DNA of 63,099 nt, counting the filler, from Folioceros fuciformis (taxonomy: Eukaryota), in the NCBI GenBank assembly GCA_049999805.1. It is 6 parts of 6 records of this genome, joined end to end, with 100 filler letters (N's around TTAATTAATTAA, not from the genome) between each part and the next. Parts side by side here need not be neighbours in the genome. Positions count along the whole stretch, not along the records: positions 24,551 to 35,380 come from JBNGIO010006482.1; 5 more parts are not named here. One strand, written 5' to 3'. A program made the position numbers and the translations under genes. Shown here piece after piece: positions 24,685 to 35,480 of this stretch. The notes below the pieces were generated by a model that saw only the letters and a list, made by a program, of their open reading frames with translations, was not told the origin of the DNA and made no database searches. The first letter of the stretch is position 1; each line of letters opens with the position of its first letter.

Positions 24685-25098
24685 ATGGCCAAGGCTTTTG
24701 CTTCCTCTAACGCATCGGCCAGCGCCGTGATCGTGGGCGCGTTCATCGTGTTGGCGCTGTGCGTGGCAGCGACAGCACCTGTGGCAATGGCGCAGTCGTG
24801 CACCACCAACGGCAACTCACCCACGCAGGGCGACGCCAACGCCTGCGTCCAGTACGTGCGCAACCTGGGGTCGTCTCAGTGCTGCCAGCTCAACTCGTCC
24901 GGGTGCACCAGCATGGCCGTGGCAGGCAGTGCGTCCGTCGACATCTGTGGCTCGCAGGGCACCTGCACCACGTGTGGCAACGCCGGAGACAGCCTCAACA
25001 TCATCCTCGCCAACTGTGTTGCAAATGTGGGTGGCACCGCCCGCGTTTCTGGATCCATCGGCTCTGGATCCCTCACCTTCCAGATCCGCCACTCCTAG
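24685..25098 (+). CDS. Small secreted Cys-rich protein (137 aa), KP4/Ecp2(Hce2)-like candidate, copy 1 (intact)
   Basis: Hydrophobic signal peptide ending ..APVAMA|Q. Mature part ~101 aa with 9 Cys: CTTNGNSP..DANAC..CCQLNSSGCT..GSASVDICG..CTTC..C..RVSG. Intronless, high GC3. Family assignment is by pattern recognition only. Confidence 0.85.
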   Translation: MAKAFASSNASASAVIVGAFIVLALCVAATAPVAMAQSCTTNGNSPTQGDANACVQYVRNLGSSQCCQLNSSGCTSMAVAGSASVDICGSQGTCTTCGNAGDSLNIILANCVANVGGTARVSGSIGSGSLTFQIRHS

Positions 25099-26610
25099 GT
25101 GTCATGGCAAGCGCTGCTCGCCAGTGGCATTCCCAACGGGCTCTGAACCGGGTGGTCTTGCACATACCTCATGTTCCGGCCACCGTGAGCGCTCTACAGT
25201 TCCAAAGGCGTGAATTGAGCCATGCGCATGTCACTTGTGTTTGTGTGTAGTACGCACTGAGGGATGTTGGGGGAAGTATGCATCCGTTCTATAGAGTTCG
25301 TTGTGTATGGAACAACGTCACCACTGCTCGCTGGGTATGACTTGTCATGGGATCTGGACGCAGTGCTTCACGTGAAGTAAATTGCCTCAATGCCTATGTA
25401 AGCATCGTGTGTTTGCTTGAAATAAATATGCTCTTCTGTGCTTGCGACTTTGGAAACGTTCCTCGGAAGCTCAAAATTTCCTATGGACCACGATTGAACA
25501 GTCAACAGGCAGATATCTTTGTTGAGCCTGGCACATACGTATCGTGAAACGCATTGTCGAAACAACGAGGAATGCCAGGATACCAGGATCGTACTTTCCA
25601 TGGATTTTGCGCTCTCCATCATCTGAGCCCAGTCTAAGACCATTAGTGCGATCTGACTTGGGGTTTGCAGCGGATTTCGTGTCCCTGGCACGTGGTCATG
25701 CATTCGAGCGCTAGCCGTGCCTTCGAATTGCCACCAAATCCTAAATGAACGCCGCGTGGAGAAGTAGCCTTGTCCCAATGAAAACCTGCCGTGTGCTGGG
25801 ATGCGGCTCCAGGTTGAGAACGTTCTCCCTGATAAGGGCAAGTCTTTTGCGAGGTTATTTGACGAATTGGCAAGAATCTACTGTGAAGAATGGAGGCACG
25901 GAATGAAACCTAAGTTCCTCGTTAGCGACGTATCGGCACTTGCCAGTGCAGCGTTAAATGTACTGGACATTACACCACACTCTGCACTGGGTCATCACGC
26001 AGAACTTTGTCTTGTTCTTGATCTCGTGGATTCTGGGCATCGGCCCAAGTTCAGTTTCCTTGCTTGGGTGAGGGTGTTGAGGTACTCTTGCATCCTCGGG
26101 ATGTTGGGAGCGTTCGGTCAAATTTGCAATGTCACAGGTACGAGTGCACCGATCAAGCCTGAAGTGAAGAGGACGTACAAGAACGTTTTCAATCAGTGGA
26201 GGACAATTGAGGTTCAGTGCCTCAGTGGCCTGATCCCATCGATATCCCTGCATCCAGGCTGGAACTTTATGCTAAGGACCCAACCAGCCTCGAAGTCACA
26301 CCGAATCAAATATAATCTGATGGTACTGCAATGCTACAAATCTTCAAGCTTCACCGGTGGGCCAACAGCAGCGCCCGAAGGGTCGAACATGGTTTCTTTA
26401 ACACAATAGCAGGCTGCAACTGCAACTTTCCAAAATTCAGGGGTTCTGGCAGGACGTGTCACTCCTGTTTGGTTCTGCGTAGGAGACTGTCTCTCAGCTC
26501 CAAAACCGAAGCTTAGACCGGCTCAACAAATTGTTGAAATCGAACATTGTGCTGAAGTTTCTAAGAAATGTGTCTGAATTGAAGCAATTGGGAGAACTTT
26601 GCGCAGTCCA
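25099..26610. repeat. Downstream flank duplicated (diverged) at ~30251-32040
   Basis: Shared blocks include ctgctcgcca.tggcatt.ccaacgggctct, gcctgaagtgaaga, atatccctgcatccaggc and gctccaaaaccgaagctt..caacaaattgttgaaa. Confidence 0.8.
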
Positions 26611-29600
26611 AGGCCCTATAAATAAACTCGCCTAAATTAGACTCATACAGCTTAGGCCCTATAAGCTCGCCAGAATTATTGTCATACAGGTCACAAGGTA
26701 TGCATTGCAAGTGGCATGCAGCCCCCTACCTCGATTTTCTCATGAGTTAATTATTGCCACAAACATTTGAAGGGAACACACTTTGGCAATCATCTGGCCA
26801 TACTGCTTGCTCAAATGGAAGGCACTCCATTGACTGCACAAGACAATAATTCAAATGAGCAGAAGTTGCCACCATCTGGCCATGCAGACATACGGTTAGT
26901 CGCTCAGTTGGTGGAGGGGGAACTCCAACGTTGGACTGCAGCTAGCATACAAATTGAAGCTTGTGACAACACGCACAAATTGGCAATACGTAACATGTGG
27001 TATATTCTTGGTCTGGATGATGGAAGGAACACCAGTCGGTGTACTCACTTGCAGATGCCTGCAAATGGCACGCGGAGAGGCTAGAGATTTAGGCACAGTT
27101 GACCCTCCCTGAACAGCTGTAGGCAAACATGGGTGTGTTAGTATTAGGGCTTGCCATCACAGCCAGGGTTCATTTCCACAATATTATGGTTGAGGCTCGG
27201 TCCAGCTCCACCCGGCAGAAAACGGCATGCTGGAAACCTTGCAAAGCAGAAGCACTCCTAGCTACTGCAAGTCGACGTATGGACTGGCTAGCATTCTAGA
27301 CCGTTCCTGCAAGCTTAAGGCACGGCCATAAGCCAACAGCACAAGCACTACCTGTCGATTCAAACCTTGTAAATACGCATGCCTACACAGGCCTCCCGGG
27401 CCTCACCATCCCAACATGTTTGCCGATTGGAGGAAGACACCAGCCGGGGGAAGACAAGCTCTGCTAGCAGCGCTGCTTGCGCTGCGAACTCCAAAATAGT
27501 CGAAGGCATCAGAGGAACATCTCCTCTTCCCCTAGAGGTCCAGTGCTCAACGGATGCGAAATCCGCCATGTGTCCCTCTCGCAGCCCCAGAGGTAAACAT
27601 GGTTATCTTAAGGCAGACTGCTCCCGGGCCATCCTCTTGGGCGGAGTTGTTCTGGAGGTCATCGAGGTTTGTGAAGGTCATAGACAGATCTGGGCATGAG
27701 TACGGATGACCGTCACTCCAAGATGACCATGTCCTCTCTCTTAAAATTGTGAATGAATACACATCTGCTCTGTACAATCCGGTACGTATGTACCCCCTGA
27801 AGATTATTCGATATGGTGCTTATGTACGACAATAGATATGTTCTACCTGTGTTCATATACCTCTTAAGTAATTTTTGGGTACGTCAACGAAAATATCACT
27901 TACCGTCAGCCGAAACTCGTGGTTGTCTCTGCCAATCAAATGAAGCCAGGTGAGAGGCGGTATGAACATTGGAAGCTTGTTGACATCAACCTGCTGATTA
28001 AGCTCTGTGCCAACGACCTTAAGCTTGGACCCGGGTTGACAGAGCAGAATATGCTTGAAAGATGACGGTGGAAGAAGCTCAGAGAGTAGTGGTGACGTTC
28101 ATTTGACTTGATACTGAGCAGAGGATTCTTTGCTCTGCCAGCATGACTTAAACCCCTTACCACAATCCGGATTGGGCCATGCTCTATATTCCTTCGAATT
28201 TGGACTTGAACTCCAGAGCCTTGTGTGGGCTTTGTAGTTCTCGTTTGGCAGATTCTCTCTCATCTGAACATTTCCTCGTCCCTGCCAAGCGCTACCTCGT
28301 ATGAGCGAAAGGAAGAACCTCATAGAGCTGCCTCCTGCCGTCGAGCTCCAGACCTGGATGTGTGATACGACACTCGTGGTTACGGCTGGTCCAAGCAGTG
28401 GGCCCCACCCCACCACAGCGAGGCAATGAGGGATCCGTCGAGTCGTTAATAGTCGTCAATAAATCCGCATGTGAGGAGTTAGCGCACAGTTGCCTGATTT
28501 GAGATCCTGAAATTAGCACTCCTATGACATGAAGGCCGGTTCAAGGACAGTAGTCAGTCCCTGCAGTTTTTGGATTAGGTACGTGTAGATGTCACAGAAT
28601 TCTTTTTGAAGTATACGCGAGTCTACAGGATTTGGAATGGACTGGTGTCGTCAATAATCTACTAGCATAATGTGAGCACGTTGTGTGACTGTTATTGCGA
28701 CATGCAGCAAAAATAATCAAGCACGAACTTGATGAACTCCTCCTTGAAGGTCGAGCTTTAACCACTCCGCATTCGTAAGATTTCCGCTGGTGAATCAAAT
28801 TGACCGACTAATTGAAAACCTAGTCGTTTCAGAACTGAACAGAACGCTGGACCGTGGCAGAGTCTAATCTGACTATCACCAAATCGCAAGGGCTACCCAG
28901 TGAGAATCCTTAGTCTTATGGACGTTACCAACCTTGGAGATCAACCGCGGACAACAATTCAAGACATCAAGTGTCCCGCGTGAATATTCCCCGCCCTTTA
29001 CAAAAGGGATATCGTGCTAATCGCGCTCACCATCAACACCGGTGGGCACAAACAAACACAGCACGTGCCAAGAAAGAGAAGATTTCCTTGTGAGACCGGA
29101 CTCTACAAAACGTCAAAACAAACCATCGAAGTCAGCATAGGTACATAAGCAACTACTTTCACTGATAGAAAACAACTTTAGTGGGTGACGTAGGAGCATT
29201 CGTGCAGATAACTGTACTGTTCTGAATGCCGCTGGGACTACTACCTTATCACCACGACCAAGACCACTATATTGTCCATTCTGGCATGGTGGTGGAACAT
29301 GAATTGAAAGACGAAGATTGTGTCATTTCTAAGAAGGACTTGCCATATTGAAAGCAACAATGCCTTTACCTATGACCAAATCCTCTCAATTGCAACCATC
29401 TGCCACGGGCCGGGCCCCCTTACTAGTAGGGACAAGGAAAAGTGCCCTACTGCCACCTACCCATCTCTGGCAGTCGGTTCGGAGCCACTGTGGGCATATC
29501 TTAATCTGTGTAGGCCTGCATGGGCCTGGCCCGAAGCAGCGATTGCACCGGGGCACACGATTTCTCGAATTTAAACCACTGGTACGGCGCCGGCCAGTAT

Positions 29601-29819
29601 TGGTGTGTTGCAATTGCGCAGCCTCCCCTGGCTTAGGCGTGCCTATCCTTGTCACTTGTCCGGATATCCTTACGAGATACAGACATGTTAAGTCGGCTGG
29701 CCATGGGCAGCTATAAGGGGGATACTCGGCATCACATCGCTGCCTGCCTGAGTCTGCGGCTTATCACACTCCGAGCCTCTCGCTCGTAGAATCGGTATGG
29801 GCCACCAGTAGTTGCGAGA

Positions 29820-30250
29820 ATGGTGAAGACGGTTGCTTCTCCTCCCGCATTCCGGTTGGTAGGGGCCAGAGCCGTGGGCATCTTCTTCATTTTGGCGCTG
29901 TGGGCTGCGTTGACAGCGCGTTGACAGCGCCTGTGGCCTTGGCGCAGTTTTGCACCACCAACGGCAAGTCGCCCACACAAGGGGACGCCAACAGCTGCAT
30001 CCAGTATTTGCGCAACCTGGGGTCGTCTCAGTGCTGTCAGTTGAGCTCATCCGGGTGCACCAGTATGGCCGTGGCAGGCACTGCGGCCGTCGACATCTGT
30101 GGCTCTCCGGGCATCTGCACAACCTGCATCAACGCCGGAGACAGCCTCAACATTGTCCTCGCCAGCTGCGTTGCCAATGTGGGAGGCACCGCCCGCGCTT
30201 CTGGACTCATCGGCTCTGGATCCGTGGCCTTCCTGCTCCGCCATTCCTAG
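29820..30250 (+). pseudogene. Small secreted Cys-rich protein copy 2, frameshifted by an 11-bp duplication in the signal peptide
   Basis: ATG at 29820 gives MVKTVAS..FFILALWAALTA. gcgttgacagc is duplicated at 29907-29928, producing an early TGA. The mature region is intact with all 9 Cys conserved. Confidence 0.8.
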
Positions 30251-31441
30251 CTGCCATAAAAAGCCCTGCTCGCCATTGGCATTTCCAACGGGCTCTTGAC
30301 AGCGTGGTCTTGCACATATGTTCCGGCCACCACGAGCGCTGTACATGTACCATTCCATGAATTGATCCATGTTCGTGTTCCGTCTATGTTTGGTACGTAG
30401 TGAGGGAGGCTGAGGGAAGTATGTAACCCTTCTACAGAGTCCCGGAAAGTATGTGACAAGGTCAGGACTGCTTGCCGGACATGACTTGTCATACGATGTT
30501 GATGTAGTTCTTGACGCGAACTAGATTGTTTCAATACCTATGCAAACACCCTGCGTTTGCTTAAATTAAATATACTATTTTGTGCTTGCTACTTTCCCTG
30601 CAATGTCCTCGTCGGCTGAATTCTCGAAACAACGCGATCGAGGTGTGAGCAAGAAGCTTTGCTGAGGGCTCGAGAAACAACCAGGAGTGCCAGCCAGGGT
30701 ATAAGTTCCAACTCCATTTGTTTGACAAGTGCTTTCCATGGATTTCGCGTACTCCACCCAGTTGTTAATACAGTAGCGTGGAGACCAAGAGTGCAATATC
30801 CAATTTGGGTTTGATTGGGCAGATGTCCTGTGCCTGTCACGGGGTCGCCCAAAGTCAGTCTTACCTTCGGGCTGCCGTTACACCTTGGAGACAAGCTGCG
30901 TGGTGAAGTGGCCTTAAGCTTGTCCTGTGCTGGGATCCCGTTCCAGCGTTGGAACCTAGACCGATGACGAGACTGATACCGGTTGGTTTGAAACATTTTG
31001 GAAGCCCATTCTAAGAATACGTGCCTAATAGAGAAGAGTAATCGAATCCGCGTCCATGGCATTGAGATGTAAATTTCCACGCTACCATCGTATCGCCAGA
31101 CTGCTAGTGCGAATTGAAATGTGCTTGTTATAACAGCAGTCTTGACTGAGTCATCACCCAAGACTTTATCGCGTAATGTCTTCTTTCGAGGCTTTAGACC
31201 GACTTGAGCAGCCTCCTTGCTTCTGCAAGAGACTGGCCTTCAGGAACTCTTGCATCCTGAGGTATTTCGGACCGTGGGGTCAAATCAATATCACTAAATA
31301 CCAGTGGAGGGCTCACGCCTGAAGTGAAGAAGGCATAAACAAGTTCAACTCAGTAGAAGACAGGGTTCAGAGTCCTAGTGCCATTCATATCCCTGCATCC
31401 AGGCCGGACCTTCCTGCTAAGAAGCCGACTAGCTTCCCAGT

Positions 31442-31752
31442 TGATAGGATTATTATAGAATCACGGTTTGCAGTTGATAGGATTATACTAGGATCACAGA
31501 AACATAAGACGCGCTTTATAGCAGGAGTGCAAGAGCACAGAAGCAATAACAACAGGGACACACAAGAGGCACTGTAACCACAATGATACATACAGCATAG
31601 TTCAACACAAGCCTTCACACACCCGAGGGCCACGAAGAGTACACGAATATATAGTAGAATGTAGATCTCATACCTCTCGATAGCTATAGGTGTTACCATA
31701 AAAGGCGGAAAAAAAAACCTGCTAGGCTGACTGCCCTCGGCTAGCTTTATCA
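31442..31752. mobile_element. ~310-bp insertion with TGATA...TATCA ends (solo-LTR-like), absent from the paralogous flank
   Basis: The paralogous flank near 26350 runs agcttcaccggtgggcc without interruption. No clear 4-6 bp TSD. Confidence 0.4.
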
Positions 31753-32257
31753 GTGGGGAACACCAGCCTCCGAAGACCGAACATGGGTTTGTTCGACAAA
31801 ATCGCTGCACACGCACACTGCGAAGACGTTTCCTCAAAGTAGATATACACTTATCTAGTTTTGGGAAGGATGTGTCCCAAAACTCAGAACTTCCAACAGG
31901 AAATGTCAATGCCAGCCGTTCTACATGGGAAGCTGTCTCAGCTCGATGATGCTGCTCCAAAACCGAAGCTTGCCGAGGTTCAACAAATTGTTGAAACCGA
32001 ACATTGAAGCAGCCGGCGGAATTTCGCACAGTCCCAAGGCCCGACGAAGTCACCAGCAACACTTTCGCGTAAGGAATGGCAAAGCCCACGTCAAATCAAC
32101 CGTTGCAAATGCGCATGCGCACCTAGCGTGCGTAGTTAACAAGGCAATTTTATCGTGATAATATGGTTTAATTTATTGCTGGACCCAATGTGACAAACTA
32201 TGGTAAAGGTGGTGAGTCGTGACGTTCATGCTGTTCCATGAGATCCGGCACCCAAAT

Positions 32258-32340
32258 GCCAATCCCAGGCACCGCGGCCGTCCATATCTGTGGGCCACAA
32301 TGAGCTGCACCTCCTGCTCCAACGCCGGAAACACTGTTCT
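32258..32340 (+). pseudogene. Remnant of another Cys-rich protein copy
   Basis: ggcaccgcggccgtccatatctgtgggccacaa..agctgcacctcctgctccaacgccggaaac reads GTAAVHICGPQ/SCTSCSNAGN, matching GTAAVDICGSPGICTTCINAGD, with a stop/frameshift. Confidence 0.65.
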
Positions 32341-32584
32341 AGGCGCTCCAGTGTGTTCAACAACACAGCTGTTCAATGGTGGTGTCTCAAAATGCCGCGC
32401 TTATCACTAAACTCGCATTTACCCTGTGCTTAGTTTAAATTACGATATCGCACACAACGAAGATAATGCGCATACGAGGTACACCCAGCCCTAAAGCAGT
32501 AAGGTTCCTGGAATATGTGCTCCCAACTCCGTCACACGTCTGTCCATATCACATACAGAGGAGTAGGCAACACGTCGTAGGCGT

Positions 32585-33186
32585 TCAGTTGGTGACACAG
32601 GAACGAGATGGAGCACCACTCTAGCCGTCCCTATCTCACCACTATAGCCGTCCTCGTGATGGAATAAAGGAAGCTTATGACAATCAGCTCGCCATCGGCA
32701 TGATCTTTCTTTTCCTGCTTAGAACCGTGAGTGACTCACAATGTTCAAGCCCTCTCAACGTTATCCACTTCGGGTTGTTCTGGGATCGAGGTGTACCCGC
32801 CACCCACCTATCGTCAATGACTCCGAGTGTGCGGGTACGTATCAAGTGGAGAGGCGGAACAGGTGCAGCGTCCCTCCGCGTGGGAGCGCACACACTTTGA
32901 TCAGCAGACGAAGCCGTCATCGGCACGGCGTCTCCGTCTCCTGCCAAGCCTGTCTGTGCTCGACACCGAATCAGGATCGTATGCACGTTCGGATATTTTT
33001 CCCGAGGTAGGACTAGCCTGGCTGGCCATGACACGCATAAGCAGTGGACCAGCGAGGTCGTAGCCGCACTAGCTGCACTTTGGGTCTCTCGTCTCTCCCG
33101 AAGAGTTCAGTCCTTTGTGGAATCGCCCACCAGCTTCGTACCACATTCTGCACTCTTCTCATGGCGAGTCCTCATGCTCAGCAAAG
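32585..33186 (+). repeat. Diverged duplicate of the Cys-rich gene upstream region (cf. 34697-35300), coding part lost
   Basis: Shared blocks: gttggtgacacaggaa, ggaataaaggaagctt, gactcacaatgtt, cccgccacccacctatcg, tgctcgacaccga, gtctctcgtctctcccg. Confidence 0.75.
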
Positions 33187-34236
33187 TGTAGGAATCTTGT
33201 TACCATCTGTGTACCATCATAGTGCTTGGTTGTGAGTAGAGTTGCAGTAGTCGAAGTACTTGGCGGAGGGCTCATATTCTTCCATGGGCACCCCTGCAAG
33301 TTGCTTCCCCTGTGAATGGTTGTTGTGTTGCTTTGGATGTGTGGTGATACCTATGTGATTGTTGGCTCGAAGGTAAGCTCTAGGGAAAGACTCCTTGGAA
33401 GTTCTCGTTAAGAGGTGCAAGCACACAACAACTAGCCCAAGGAAAAACTTGTTGGTTGTTGGACATAGGGAGACAAGTAGCTAGATTGTTAGGTTGAGGA
33501 AGGTGTTGTAGGGAGCCTTGTGAGGAAAGGATATTGAGTGTGAGGTAGAAATCGGTAGGGGGGAGTACTAGGGTCCTTCTAAATGAGGGAATGATGCCCT
33601 CCCATTGTCTAGATGTGTTGCAGGATTGGTAGATATGTGATTGGGAGTGTAGACTGTTGTGGGGGAACGATAAACGTAGCTGACCAAGCTTGGAGGGGAG
33701 CAATTCCAAGCAAGGCTACAACGATAGTGGGATTGATGTGGCCACGATGCATGTGAGCAGGTATCTGGTAGGGGTACCATACCTGCTTGCCCACAGTGGA
33801 CAATACTTATAGGGTTGGGACCAGTGGACAGCAGGTGTTGGGACCAGCGGACAGTATGGTTAATTCATTGATGTTGAAGGCAGGATAGTTACTAGGAAAG
33901 TCTAAATTAGTTATCGGTGACAGTACACTAATTTAGTTGACTTAATAATATAGTAATTATCCTACAAGAGAGAGGTGAGGTAGGAGAGAGGGGGGCTCTT
34001 ATAAGGTGGAGTGATCTTGTAGGATTTAGGTTGTCACACTTTGCTCTTCTATTCTGCCCTACTTGCTCTTGCATAAGTGGTGGTGTCGGCTATGTGTGTG
34101 CACAATGCTTGGTGGAATTTGAAGTGTGATGGCTAGGGTTGAGGGGCTTACCCTTGGCTCTTGATTGTAAAGGGTGCATCTTTCTCTTGACCTGTCTACT
34201 CTTGTTTCTTGGTTGAACACAAGGGTTCAATTTACA
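33187..34236. mobile_element. LTR-like insertion (~1 kb)
   Basis: TGTA...TACA ends, TATA-like ttataag and a T-rich U5-like tail. Interrupts the duplicated upstream unit. No TSD confirmed. Confidence 0.35.
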
Positions 34237-35301
34237 AGTTAGATTTCGTTGTCAAGTCTAACGGCTGGATAGGACAATACTCAACCTGGAGCCATAAGGA
34301 AAGAAAGAAAAAAAAAAAGTATTTTGGAACTAGCCAATAGGTTCCTATCTCCAATATCCTTCCCAATGGAATAAACCACGGGTGCAATTTGATACACCTT
34401 GGTATGTTCCTATCATAATTGTACTACTGGTGAATGACCTTGTACGTACCTGTGGGTTCAAAACGATACGCTTACAGTGAACCATTCTCAACCGGGCGTA
34501 CCTTACAACTTAACTAGGCCTGAGCGCAGTTTAAATTCCGAGCGCAAAAACAAAGACGAAAATGCGAAGGTGCGGTACAACCCGACACTAAAGCAGTAAA
34601 CCTCCTCGAAGATGTGTTGCAGCCACGCACCGCCGCGACCACATAGACGTGTCCATACGGCCTACAGAATGTACTAGGGAAAGCACCATGGGCGCTCCGT
34701 TGGTGACACAGGAATGGAGACAAGAACCACTTCAGCCGTCCTCGTTCTGGAATAAAGGAAGCTTGTAACTGCCAGCTCGCCTGGCCCCTCGCCTTGACCT
34801 TCGCTTTCCTTTCCTCCCTGGAAACGTGAAGACTCACAATGTTGAAAAACCACTCACTTAGTGACCTTGGGTTGCACCGGGATTGAGGTACACCCGCCAC
34901 CCACCTATCGAATGCACTCTCGTCAATGAGTCCAAGCGTTGTGGGTACGTATTAGGTAGCGAGGTGAGATAAGTCCAACATGCCGCCGCGAGCGTGGGAA
35001 TAATCACAATTTGATCAGTAGACGCAGCCGGCTTGGGCGCGGCGTCTCTGTGCCCAGTCAGGCCAGTCAATGCTCGACACCGACTCAGGGTCGTACGTCG
35101 ATTCGGATATCGCTACCGGGGTAGGCCTAGGCTGGCTGGCCTTGGACAGGGATAAGAAGGGGACCACGAAGCTCGTAGCCACACTACTCAACCGCATCGC
35201 ATTGCATAGCTCACTCCTTGCTGCGCATTGCACTCCGAGTCTCTCGTCTCTCCCGCATCGTTGAGGGACGTGCTTTGAGGAATCACCCAGCAGCTGCCAG
35301 A

Positions 35302-35380
35302 ATGGCCAAGGCTTTTGCTTCCTCTAACGCATCGGCCAGCGCCGTGATCGTGGGCGCGTTCATCGTGTTGGCGCTGTGCG
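35302..35380 (+). CDS. 5' end of Cys-rich protein gene identical to copy 1, truncated by gap
   Basis: 35168-35380 is identical to 24551-24763. Confidence 0.6.
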
Positions 35381-35480
35381 NNNNNNNNNNNNNNNNNNNN
35401 NNNNNNNNNNNNNNNNNNNNNNNNTTAATTAATTAANNNNNNNNNNNNNNNNNNNNNNNNNNNNNNNNNNNNNNNNNNNN

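Noticed and set aside
24759-25250. Several overlapping ORFs on both strands over the Cys-rich gene (also around 29688-30370)
   Set aside because: Shadow frames caused by high GC3; only the signal-peptide frame looks like a protein.
25801-26409. 202-aa ORF downstream of Cys-rich copy 1
   Set aside because: No recognisable motifs, and the frame is not preserved in the paralogous flank near 30930-31430.
27785-27885. gtaccc...gggtac short inverted ends (possible MITE)
   Set aside because: The inverted match is too short and there is no clear TSD or second copy.
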